Of a stretch of 64,000 bases of DNA, positions 1 through 8,019 are shown in pieces (the first letter of the stretch is position 1; every line of letters starts with the position of its first letter). Source of the stretch: Magnetococcus sp. YQC-9 (lineage in GTDB: Bacteria > Pseudomonadota > Magnetococcia > Magnetococcales > Magnetaquicoccaceae); the NCBI GenBank assembly GCA_039908105.1, contig JAMOBI010000003.1, positions 3,582 to 67,581 of the forward strand. The letters are read 5' to 3'. The notes beneath the pieces are model-generated. The model was not told the DNA's origin and did not search any database. It saw only the letters and a list, made by a program, of their open reading frames with translations. Both the position numbers and the translations under genes were made by a program.

Positions 1-21
1 GCCAGGACGAGGGATTCCGCC

Positions 22-909
22 ATGGTCGTTAACCGGTTGTCGGCCCTGCTGCCGCTCCTGGTCATCGTCGGGCTTGCCACGTCGCTCCAGGCTGGGGTGG
101 TGGCCGAGGAGAAATCCCTCTACCGCAATGTGCTGGTCTTCGAGGAGAAAGGCCTGCGCTGCATGAAATTCGGCACCCACGACAATGCCCGACAGAGCTG
201 CATGGAGATCGCCGATCCCGTCGCCATGGTGTTCAATCCGCCCAGGATGCTGATGGCAGGGCTCTATCTGCTGCCGGATCCCCAGCGGATTCTGGTGATG
301 GGGCTGGGTGGCGGCGCCCTGGTCGCCACCTTGCAAACGCTCCTGCCCGACAGTGAGATCGATGCGGTGGAGATCGATCCAGCCGTCATCCGGGTAGCCA
401 AAAAATACTTCGCCTTCACGCCGGGCAAGAACACCCGGGTCCATGCGGAGGATGGCCGCGTCTTCGTCAAGCATCAGTTGCGGCAGAAGAAAAAATACGA
501 TTTCATCGCCCTGGACGCCTTTGATCACATCTCGGTGCCAGAACACATGACCACCCGGGAGTATCTCCAGGAGCTCAAAACCCTGCTCACCGACCACGGT
601 GTGCTGGCGGCCAACACCTTCTCCTCCGGACGGCTTTATGATGCTGAATCCGCCACCTATGCGGCGGTGTTTGGTCCCTTTTACAACATGCAGATCCGCA
701 ACCGGGTGATTCTGGCCATGAAGAGTGGTCAACTGCCGGAGATGGAGACCGTCCGCCGCAACGCCGCCCGATTGGAGGACGGATTCCGCCCCTTCCGCAT
801 CGGCCAGGATTGGCTGCTGCCCCTTTTTGCCACCGGCAACCGCTGGCCCGAGGAGACCCGACTCCTCACGGATCAATACTCCCCCGCCAACCTGCTGATG
901 GGCCGCTGA
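22..909 (+). CDS. Spermidine synthase-like SAM-dependent transferase with N-terminal signal/anchor
   Basis: 295-aa ORF; hydrophobic N-terminus LSALLPLLVIVGLA; SAM-fold motifs VMGLGGGAL, EIDPAV, ALDAFD as in the spermine/spermidine synthase family. Confidence 0.7.
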   Translation: MVVNRLSALLPLLVIVGLATSLQAGVVAEEKSLYRNVLVFEEKGLRCMKFGTHDNARQSCMEIADPVAMVFNPPRMLMAGLYLLPDPQRILVMGLGGGALVATLQTLLPDSEIDAVEIDPAVIRVAKKYFAFTPGKNTRVHAEDGRVFVKHQLRQKKKYDFIALDAFDHISVPEHMTTREYLQELKTLLTDHGVLAANTFSSGRLYDAESATYAAVFGPFYNMQIRNRVILAMKSGQLPEMETVRRNAARLEDGFRPFRIGQDWLLPLFATGNRWPEETRLLTDQYSPANLLMGR

Positions 910-1096
910 TCGGATCGGCCCTCGTCCGTACATCAATTGCCAGCATCGGGTTGAGCACCGGGCTTTTCGGCCCTGCGTGAACCTTATGGAGGCGCGGGTT
1001 GGTATGGACTCCCCTCAGTGGCACTCTCGCATAATCAAGTGACTTTCCTCATTCCTGACTCGCTGCCTTGACTTCGTTGATCTGAACCGCTCCTGT

Positions 1097-1112
1097 TGGT
1101 CTGTTTGTTGCA
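1097..1112 (+). promoter_or_regulatory. Candidate sigma-54 (-24/-12) promoter upstream of motA
   Basis: TGGtctgtttgTTGCA: GG and GC spaced as in TGGCAC-N5-TTGCW, about 145 nt upstream of the motA ATG; motif match only. Confidence 0.25.
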
Positions 1113-1255
1113 ATATTGCTACTGCTTGGTGATCGATCGTGTGTTGATGTGGGTGACATGCGCCGATTTTCCGGGTGGCTGGATCCGTTTTGCGACGGGA
1201 CCGGTTCGGGTTCGTCATGATTTTGGCATTTTGACCAGCTCTGGGGTGCACACTA

Positions 1256-2011
1256 ATGAAACTGGATATCTCTACCGTCATCGGCCTGGTTCTGGCCATC
1301 CTGATCGTCTTCGGTCTGATGGGACACAACCTCGGCCTGTTCTGGAGCATGCACGCGTTTATCGTCGTGGTCGGTGGTCTGATCGCCAGCACCTTCGTGA
1401 AGTTTAACATCGAGGATATCATGAACACCATGGGGATTCTCTCCAAGCTGTTCAAGATTCCCAAGGAGCATCCGAAGGAGATCATCGAGCAGATCATCAA
1501 CTGCTCCAACATCGCCCGCAAGGAGGGGATTTTGGCGCTGGAGAAGGTGCAGATCCACCATCCGGTGCTAAAGACCGCGATCACCTTCTGCGTGGACGGT
1601 GTGGATCCGGCCTATCTCCGCGAGATCCTCACCAAGGAGATGGAGTACATGCAGATCCGTCACCATGTGGGTGTGGTGATGTTTGAAAGTATGGGTGAGG
1701 CCGGTCCGGCCATGGGTATGGTGGGTACGCTGATCGGTATGGTGGAGCTGCTCTCCAATCTCTCCAACCCGGACGCGATCGGACCCTCGATGGCCACAGC
1801 ACTTCTGGCCACCATGTATGGCGCTATCGTCGCCAACATTGTCGTGATTCCGTTCGGCATCAAGCTGCATCACTACAGCACCCACGAATCGATGATTTAC
1901 GAGTTGGTCATGGATGGTGTGCAGGGGATTCAACGCGGCGTCAATCCGCGCATCCTGGAGAAGTCTCTGATCTCGGCTTTGTCGCGCAAACATCGCGAAC
2001 TGGCGGGCTGA
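1256..2011 (+). CDS. motA: Flagellar stator protein MotA/PomA (MotA/TolQ/ExbB proton-channel family)
   Basis: 251-aa ORF with 4 predicted TM segments; C-terminal AGPAMGMVGTLIGMV ... ALLATMYGAIVAN block typical of MotA/PomA; followed by motB. Confidence 0.9.
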   Translation: MKLDISTVIGLVLAILIVFGLMGHNLGLFWSMHAFIVVVGGLIASTFVKFNIEDIMNTMGILSKLFKIPKEHPKEIIEQIINCSNIARKEGILALEKVQIHHPVLKTAITFCVDGVDPAYLREILTKEMEYMQIRHHVGVVMFESMGEAGPAMGMVGTLIGMVELLSNLSNPDAIGPSMATALLATMYGAIVANIVVIPFGIKLHHYSTHESMIYELVMDGVQGIQRGVNPRILEKSLISALSRKHRELAG

Positions 2012-2052
2012 CGGAATGGCGGTTGATCAATCCAGCATGAGGATGCTCGAGA

Positions 2053-2775
2053 ATGGCAAAGAAATGTCCAACCTGTAAAAAGGGAACCCCGCTTTGGTTC
2101 ATCTCCTGGGCGGACATGGCCACGCTGCTGCTCTGTCTTTTCGTGATTCTGTTCTCGATGTCCACGGTGAACGCCACGAAGTTCAAGAAGTTGCAGGGAA
2201 CCATGAAAAACGCCTTCGGCCTGAACAGTTCCGAGCAGGTCAATCCGGTGGGCGGGGATTCGATCGTGAGCGTCGATTTTCAGCAGGAGATCAAGTTGGT
2301 TCAATTGGTCGAGAAGCTGGATCTGATGGTGCACAATCTGGTGGACAACGGCGAGGCCGAGTTGAAGGAGACTGAATCGGGTATTTTCCTTAAATTCTCC
2401 AAAAAGACGCTGTTCAAGCCCAAAACGCTGGAGATTCATCCGGAAAGTAAGCTAAAATTGAGTCAGATCGCCACCATGTTGCAGAGCTTGCGCAACGAGA
2501 TCCAGGTGATTGGCCTGCCGGATCCGTCGCCGCCGGCGCATCTGGCTGGATTGATGCTCAATCCTTGGGCCACGGGTGTGCTCGAAGCCCAGGCGATCGC
2601 CGAGTTTCTGATTGGAGAGGGTGGCATCGATCCGCGTCGTGTGCGGGTGGTTTCGCCAGCCCGCAAGGTGGGGGAGGTTCCAGGACGTGATCCGCACGAG
2701 TTCGTTGTCGAGATCGGCGTGATGCGGACCACCGAATCCCGGGGTGAGGGCGACTCCACCGCCCCCAATGATTGA
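2053..2775 (+). CDS. motB: Flagellar stator protein MotB/PomB (OmpA-like C-terminus, divergent)
   Basis: N-terminal WFISWADMATLLLCLFVILFSM plug/TM motif of MotB; C-terminal OmpA-like region; 41 nt after motA. Confidence 0.85.
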   Translation: MAKKCPTCKKGTPLWFISWADMATLLLCLFVILFSMSTVNATKFKKLQGTMKNAFGLNSSEQVNPVGGDSIVSVDFQQEIKLVQLVEKLDLMVHNLVDNGEAELKETESGIFLKFSKKTLFKPKTLEIHPESKLKLSQIATMLQSLRNEIQVIGLPDPSPPAHLAGLMLNPWATGVLEAQAIAEFLIGEGGIDPRRVRVVSPARKVGEVPGRDPHEFVVEIGVMRTTESRGEGDSTAPND

Positions 2776-2807
2776 GAAATACCATTCTTGAACAAGGGGC
2801 ACTGATC

Positions 2808-3221
2808 ATGGCTGCGCAGGAAGAGGTGGTGGTCCGCCGCAAGGAGCGGCGCAAGATGGCATTGAATCCGGCAGGCAATCCCCTGCTCTGGTGTAAGTGG
2901 GTGAGTTTCCTGTTCTGGTCCATGGGGATGTATTTCGCCCAGAATGCCAAGCCGGCGGATGAGTCTTTCTTTCATCGGATCATGAATATGGGGGTCGCCA
3001 AATACTGGAACCGTGACCTGTTGACCTTGAGCTGGATTTTCTTGTGGTTGACAGCACTGGTGGGGATTGGTGGCTTGATTCTCAACGGCATGCGGTTGCG
3101 GCGCAAGAACGATCATTTGAGTGCGGCCCTGCTGTTGATCGTGGTGGTGACGCTCTTCTCCATGGCGGTGCTGCCGGCTGGCAACTCGATCGCCACCTTT
3201 ATCATGCATCTGAGGAATTAA
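2808..3221 (+). CDS. Hypothetical integral membrane protein
   Basis: ATG at 2808 (the track ORF begins at a TTG at 2772, overlapping the motB stop); 3-4 hydrophobic segments; stop TAA 3219-3221 abuts a repeat element. Confidence 0.5.
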   Translation: MAAQEEVVVRRKERRKMALNPAGNPLLWCKWVSFLFWSMGMYFAQNAKPADESFFHRIMNMGVAKYWNRDLLTLSWIFLWLTALVGIGGLILNGMRLRRKNDHLSAALLLIVVVTLFSMAVLPAGNSIATFIMHLRN

Positions 3222-3413
3222 ATCGCAACCATCACGGGATGCGTAGTTCCATTAATAGGGGTCCAGGGGGATTATCCCCCTGGTGGGATCCAAGGGCGAA
3301 GCCCTTGGGACTTTGTTTTTGACTTTAGCGCGCTCTTCAAAATGGGAGATGAATCTCCCAGACCCTCTCTTTTTTTTACCAATAAACGACACATTCCAAG
3401 CTGGTTGCGGTTT
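3220..3413. repeat. Mosaic palindromic intergenic repeat, family A, locus 1
   Basis: Bounded by AAATCGCAACC ... GGTTGCGGTTT; shares the CATCACGGGATGCGTAGTTCCATTAATAGGGGTCCAGGGGGATTATCCCCCTGG module with loci 8 and 9, and the GGGAGA-loop-TCTCCCAGACCCTCTCTTTTTT module with most loci. Confidence 0.9.
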
Positions 3414-3556
3414 GGAAAATCTGGTTTGCTTCTTGCTTGACCTGAGCATGCGTCAAGCAGGCAATGGTTCGCGATCCGGGGTTTGGGGTGGCCTCGGTTC
3501 GCGAACCTTGTGACGCTTCCCACCTTTGTCGCCCCCATGTTCTGAATCAAGGAGTC

Positions 3557-3706
3557 ATGCAGGAGATGAGCAGCGAGCAGAAAGTCGTCGAAGGCTCCAG
3601 TGTCACCGTCAAAATTCTGAATGCCCTGTACGTGGGAGGGGCGTATGGATTGATTTTGATGGCTGTGGTACAAGTGATGATTCTGGTCTCCTGGATCCGT
3701 CACTGA
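3557..3706 (+). CDS. Small hypothetical single-TM protein (49 aa)
   Basis: ATG 3557 preceded by AAGGAG; hydrophobic segment GGAYGLILMAVVQVMILVSW; no recognisable family. Confidence 0.35.
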   Translation: MQEMSSEQKVVEGSSVTVKILNALYVGGAYGLILMAVVQVMILVSWIRH

Positions 3707-3729
3707 TTCAAAAATGGTCTTTATCGTAT

Positions 3730-3766
3730 CCGATTCCAGCTCATCGAGTACTTGATCTGGAATCGG
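3730..3766. terminator. Hairpin between convergent genes
   Basis: Perfect 10-bp stem CCGATTCCAG / CTGGAATCGG with a 17-nt loop between the small ORF (+) and panE (-); no clear U-run. Confidence 0.3.
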
Positions 3767-3776
3767 CTTCCATCGT

Positions 3777-4763
3777 TCATCCGCCTTTCCTCTCTTCCAG
3801 AAGTTTCATCAGAGCGTAGAGCCCCTCCAAGAGAGGTGCATGCCGATCCACCCGGCGTGCGGCACGTACCGCCGCGCCTAGAATGGCATCGACCTCCATC
3901 GGACGCCCGGCCATGTGGTCGAGCGCCATGCTGGTGTGATAGGGCGGAATCGAACGTGTGGCTGCCAGATGGTCCTCGATCAACGTGTCCGGCAGGCTGT
4001 GACCGTTGGCTGCAGCGATTCCGATTACCTCTTGCATGATCGCCCGCACCAGCGCCTCTCCCTCTGGTCGATTCAGAATCTCTTCGGTGGTCAGATTCCC
4101 TGCCAATACGGAAGTCGGATTGAAGGCCGCGTTCCAGACCAGTTTGGTCCAGCGGGCGCGTGCCGGGGTGTCGGTGATTTGACAGGGAATGCCGGCGGTG
4201 GTAAAAAGTCCCTCCAAACGGTGCAGCATCTGGGAGTCCCCCCCAGGATGGCGGCCCAGGGTGATCTTGCCGTGACAGAGGTGACGGATCAGGCCGGGCG
4301 CGATTTTTTGCAGACAGACGAACGCCAGTCCGGCGATGATCTCGTTGTCCGGAAAGGCCTGTTGAACCGGTTCTTCGATCTCCAGACCGTTTTGCAACAG
4401 GATGATCACCGTGCGGGGTCCGACTGCCGGACGGATGATCTCGGCCACCGGTGGCTCGGGCAGGGCCTTGAGGGCGACCAGCAGAAAATCGGGTGGTGTG
4501 GTCAGTTGGTCGAGATGGTCGATGACGCGCCGCGGACGAAAGATTTCGCAGCGATCCTGGCCGTCGATACGGATGCCGTGCTGTCGGACCACCTCGAAAT
4601 CGGAGCGGTTGAGTGTGGTGACCACCGCGCCGGCACGGGCGAGCGCTGCCCCGTAAAAGCCGCCGACCGCACCGGTGCCGACGATGAGCACGTTCGGTGG
4701 ATGGTCTCCGACCGGGATGGGGGTCGAAGTTGAAGCGGTTGCGAATGGTACGGTCGCATTCAT
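3777..4763 (-). CDS. panE: 2-dehydropantoate 2-reductase (ketopantoate reductase, ApbA/PanE family)
   Basis: Rossmann motif VLIVGTGAVGGFYGAALARAG near the N-terminus; ApbA-type C-terminal domain. Start set at internal ATG 4763 because the longer track ORF (to 4910) runs into AT-rich non-coding DNA. Confidence 0.85.
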   Translation of the reverse strand: MNATVPFATASTSTPIPVGDHPPNVLIVGTGAVGGFYGAALARAGAVVTTLNRSDFEVVRQHGIRIDGQDRCEIFRPRRVIDHLDQLTTPPDFLLVALKALPEPPVAEIIRPAVGPRTVIILLQNGLEIEEPVQQAFPDNEIIAGLAFVCLQKIAPGLIRHLCHGKITLGRHPGGDSQMLHRLEGLFTTAGIPCQITDTPARARWTKLVWNAAFNPTSVLAGNLTTEEILNRPEGEALVRAIMQEVIGIAAANGHSLPDTLIEDHLAATRSIPPYHTSMALDHMAGRPMEVDAILGAAVRAARRVDRHAPLLEGLYALMKLLEERKGG

Positions 4764-4903
4764 GACGGATCCCTTGAGAAGGATGGATGTGGAGGTGAAG
4801 GCACTAAGTTCTTCCTGAATTATTATAGGGTGCTTGTTGCGATCTTGGAATGCGTTGTGAATCATTTCAAGGTCAAAAAGTGTTGCGGGATGTCGCGTTT
4901 GTA

Positions 4904-4931
4904 TTGACAATTATTACATAAATAATATAAT
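4904..4931 (+). promoter_or_regulatory. Consensus sigma-70 promoter (TTGACA-16-TATAAT) inside an AT-rich island
   Basis: TTGACA at 4904-4909, 16-nt spacer, TATAAT at 4926-4931, oriented toward the Crp/Fnr gene about 300 nt downstream. Confidence 0.5.
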
Positions 4932-5231
4932 TTTAGATTTATTTATATTTAAATATTCTCGATTATTGTCGACATTTTGATTATTTATAACCGTTAATGT
5001 GGGGTAAAAATAAGAAATTTATTTTTTTGTTGCTTGATTTGTTGGGGTGATGTGGTAATTTCATGTCGTATGGATCAGCAATGGAGGCAATCGGTTCTGT
5101 ATGTCAAGGGGTGTTGCGACCGTTTGGAATAGAGGGGATCGTGCATGGTGATGGGGGATGCACGCGAGTCTGTTGTAAAGGGGGGGAGGGGCAGGGTCGG
5201 CAACTTCAGTGTGCGACCGTGCGAGAGGACG

Positions 5232-5939
5232 ATGCCCGTTGCCGCGCTGATCCCGACCATTCTGCAAGAGATGCCGATGTTCTCGGTTCTGTCCGACTCG
5301 CACAGGCAGCAGGTGCGCCGCGTTGTGCGGTTCGTTCATCTGGAGGAGCGGCAATCCCTGTTCGATTACCTGGAGCCGGCCAAAGCGTTCTTTGTCCTGC
5401 TCAAAGGACGGATCAAGCTGTTTCACGTTTCGCCTGCCGGAATGGAAAAAGTGGTCCGCATCATCATCCCCGGCGAGACGATCGCTCTGGAGGTCATGTT
5501 TTTAGAGCAGCCGCATCATCCGGTTTTTGCCGCCACTTTGGTGGAGTCGGATCTGTTGGCGGTTGAAAATCGAACGTTCTTGAATGTGTTGCGCGAATCT
5601 CCTGAATGTTGTTTCCGGGTTATGGCCGAGATGAGTCGGCGTTTGCACGGACAGTTGGTGGAAATCCATGACTTAAGTACGCAAAGCGCCCCGCTTCGCA
5701 CGGTGCGCTATTTGATCTCGAACCAGAAGAAGGGTCCGGATTCGATCAGTGGAATGGTTCGTCTGGATGCTGATAAACGGGTGATCGCCTCGCGACTCTC
5801 CATTCAGCCGGAGACCTTTTCGCGTATTCTGGCACGTTTGAGCAGCCTGAACCTGATCAAGGTTGCCGGGAAGAACATCGTGATACCGGATCTGGTCGCG
5901 CTGGAGCGATTTGCGGAGGAACAATACTATAATAAATAG
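5232..5939 (+). CDS. Crp/Fnr-family transcriptional regulator (cNMP-binding domain + C-terminal HTH)
   Basis: cNMP-binding beta-barrel pattern (FFVLLKGRIKLF ... GETIALEVMF) and C-terminal HTH (ASRLSIQPETFSRILARL); no N-terminal Cys cluster, so not a canonical Fe-S FNR. Confidence 0.85.
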   Translation: MPVAALIPTILQEMPMFSVLSDSHRQQVRRVVRFVHLEERQSLFDYLEPAKAFFVLLKGRIKLFHVSPAGMEKVVRIIIPGETIALEVMFLEQPHHPVFAATLVESDLLAVENRTFLNVLRESPECCFRVMAEMSRRLHGQLVEIHDLSTQSAPLRTVRYLISNQKKGPDSISGMVRLDADKRVIASRLSIQPETFSRILARLSSLNLIKVAGKNIVIPDLVALERFAEEQYYNK

Positions 5940-5954
5940 AAAATGGCCTGGCAG

Positions 5955-6403
5955 GTCAACAAAATCGATTTGAGAGCTTGGCAGTTTCGCCTTATTGGTA
6001 AAAAAAAGAGAGGGTCTGGGAGATTCCTCTCCCAGACCCTCTCTTTTTTCACTAAACCGCAACCAGCTTGGAATGTGTAGTGGGTCGACAGAGCTGATTT
6101 GACAGCCTGGCATGATTCGTTATTTACTGGTAAAAAAAAAGAGAGGGTCTGGGAGATTCCTCTCCCAGGGTTTTGCCTTTGCCTTTAGCGCGCTCTTTTT
6201 CAAGAAGCATTTTTCGCGTTTTTTGCGAAAAATGCGCCGCGCGTCGCCTTCGCGGGAGTCGTTTTTTGCTTGTTTGGGAACGACCCCGCATCTTGCACGC
6301 AGCCTTGCGGAAAACTACGCATCCCAAAATGGGTGCGGTTTGATAAAAACCACATATTCCAAAGCTGGTTGGCGGTTTAAACATTCCAGGCTGGGTGCGG
6401 TTT
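5955..6403. repeat. Mosaic palindromic intergenic repeat, family A, locus 2 (composite of several partial units)
   Basis: Contains a perfect 22-bp-stem palindrome at about 6000-6049, two AAACCGCA-type ends and a full unit ending GGGTGCGGTTT at 6403. Confidence 0.9.
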
Positions 6404-6457
6404 GATTGATTTTTTTTGTCAGGCTTGTGACTTCAAATTCAAGTTCGGGAGGGTGTC

Positions 6458-7642
6458 ATGCAGATCGATGAGGATATCAAAAAGCAGGTGCTCGTGACGG
6501 CAGTGGGAATCGGTTTCGGACTGATGCTGGTCGATACCTTTGTTGGTAACACCCCCTCCGAAGGTCCAGGTGCCGTGGTATCCGCTCCGGCCAAGGTCAA
6601 GGGGGAGGGGGGAGCGAAACAGGCGGCAAAACCGACAGAGGCGGAAAAGAAGGGTTCACAAGCCGCTGCCGCGAATACCCCCGCACCCGTGGCGGCAGCA
6701 GCGCCCGCTCCGGCCAAAAGCGAGAGCAAGCCTGTTGCGTCAACCGCTCCGGCCAAAAGCGAGAGCAAGCCTGTTGCGTCAACCGCTCCGGCCAAAAGCG
6801 AGAGCAAGCCTGTTGCCTCGGCGGCTCCAGCCGCATCGCCCAAGAACGAAACGGTGGCGTATGACATGAAGGCGTACAACGAGGCGCTGGCGCGTGGGGC
6901 GGCGGATCGTGCCGAGCAGGAGAAGAAGCGCACGCAAGGTGCAACGGCCAGCGCGTCCGTGCCCGCTGCCACGACGCCGGCCAAGAGCGAATCCGCACCG
7001 GTTGCGGCGCCAAAGAGCGACACGATTGTGGCCTACGACATGAAGGCGTACAACGAGGCGCTGGCGCGTGGGGCGGCGGATCGTGCCGAGCAGGAGAAGA
7101 AACGCGCGCAAGGTGCAACGGCCAGCGCGTCCGTGCCCGCTGCCACGACGCCGGCCAAGCGTGAATCCGCACCAGCTGCGGCGCCAAAGAGCGACACGAT
7201 TGTGGCCTACGACATGAAGGCGTACAACGAGGCGTTGGCGCGTGGGGCAGCGGATCGTGCCGAGCAGGAGAAGAAGCGCGCCCAGGGTGCAACAGCCAGT
7301 GCGCCCGTTGCCACGAAGCCGGCCAAGAGCGAGTCCGCACCGGTCGCGGGTGCTCATGGCGGGTATATCGTGGCTTATGATATGAAGGCGTACAACGAAG
7401 CGTTGGCGCGCGGGGCGGCGGATCGCGCCGAACAGGAGAAGAAGCGCGCTTCGGGTGCAACGGCCAGCACGCCCGTGCAGGCGCCTGCTGCCACGACGCC
7501 GGCCAAGAGAGAGGTTTCGTCCTCGGCAGCGCCGGCTGCGGTTGCTCCCAACAATACGTATGTGGTAGCTTACGACATGCAGGCCTACAAAGAGGCTCTG
7601 GCACGGGGTGCGGCGGATCGGGAAGCGCAAGCGAAGAAGTGA
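6458..7642 (+). CDS. Membrane-anchored Ala/Pro/Lys-rich tandem-repeat protein, unknown function
   Basis: 394-aa ORF; N-terminal TM VLVTAVGIGFGLMLV; 3 x APAKSESKPVAST, then 5 x a ~58-aa unit containing (V/I)VAYDMKAYNEALARGAADRAEQEKK. Confidence 0.75.
   Translation: MQIDEDIKKQVLVTAVGIGFGLMLVDTFVGNTPSEGPGAVVSAPAKVKGEGGAKQAAKPTEAEKKGSQAAAANTPAPVAAAAPAPAKSESKPVASTAPAKSESKPVASTAPAKSESKPVASAAPAASPKNETVAYDMKAYNEALARGAADRAEQEKKRTQGATASASVPAATTPAKSESAPVAAPKSDTIVAYDMKAYNEALARGAADRAEQEKKRAQGATASASVPAATTPAKRESAPAAAPKSDTIVAYDMKAYNEALARGAADRAEQEKKRAQGATASAPVATKPAKSESAPVAGAHGGYIVAYDMKAYNEALARGAADRAEQEKKRASGATASTPVQAPAATTPAKREVSSSAAPAAVAPNNTYVVAYDMQAYKEALARGAADREAQAKK
6707..6823 (+). repeat. Intragenic tandem repeat, 3 x 39 nt
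   Basis: GCTCCGGCCAAAAGCGAGAGCAAGCCTGTTGCGTCAACC repeated three times nearly perfectly. Confidence 0.9.
6854..7642 (+). repeat. Intragenic long tandem repeat, 5 units
   Basis: Units start at 6854, 7028, 7202, 7370 and 7565 (periods 174, 174, 168, 195 nt); the first three are near-identical at nucleotide level. Confidence 0.9.
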
Positions 7643-7710
7643 TGGTGTAATCGCGCCCGACTCCGCTTCCTGAAGCCCGGATTGAATTCTTTCCTCAAGG
7701 AGTCACCAGG

Positions 7711-8019
7711 ATGAAGCAGGGCATGGGTTGGGGAGTCGGGTTGGCACTTTTCGCGATGAGTGCCTCCTCACTCTGGGCAGCGGATCCGGTGAAGGGTAAG
7801 GAGTTGCATGATCCCGCCTGCGCGGGTGCGTGTCATGCCTCCAAGGGGCAGGGGGATGCCAATGCCCTGTACAAACGGGCCAATCGCAAGGATTCACTGG
7901 AAAAATTGAAGTCCCAGGTGGCCTTTTGCAATCAGCAGGTACTCAACTCCAAGTGGTTTCCGGAGGATGAGGCCGACGTGGTCGCCTATCTGAACGAAAC
8001 GTTTTATCACTTCAAGTGA
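7711..8019 (+). CDS. Small periplasmic c-type-cytochrome-like protein with CX3CH motif
   Basis: Signal peptide [16 protein letters not shown]; single Cys-Ala-Gly-Ala-Cys-His motif; C-terminal [15 protein letters not shown] resembles small cytochrome-c-like (DUF1924-type) proteins. Confidence 0.65.
   Translation: MKQGMGWGVGLALFAMSASSLWAADPVKGKELHDPACAGACHASKGQGDANALYKRANRKDSLEKLKSQVAFCNQQVLNSKWFPEDEADVVAYLNETFYHFK

Noticed and set aside
3777-4910. Longer 377-aa version of panE
   Set aside because: The extra 49 codons run into the AT-rich island and the consensus promoter. The Rossmann GxGxxG motif sits near the N-terminus only if ATG 4763 is used.
6112-6405. Recurring repeat-encoded peptides (KKKRGSGRF(L/I)SQGFAFDFSALF..., KMRRAPPSRESFFAFWKRLPHLA...), also at 9414..9617, 16131..16478, 20870..21064, 30126..30884 and 39554..39808
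   Set aside because: The same peptides appear because the DNA repeat is reused. Copies occur in both orientations, frames are broken differently in each copy, no RBS is consistent, and several are just extensions of neighbouring real genes. I treat them as non-coding repeat sequence.
6439-7630. Minus-strand ORFs (194, 335 and 283 aa) overlapping the tandem-repeat gene
   Set aside because: They are artefacts of the repetitive GC-rich sequence. The plus frame has an ATG, a TM anchor and a coherent repeated peptide, whereas the antisense frames give Arg/Pro/Trp-rich nonsense repeats.
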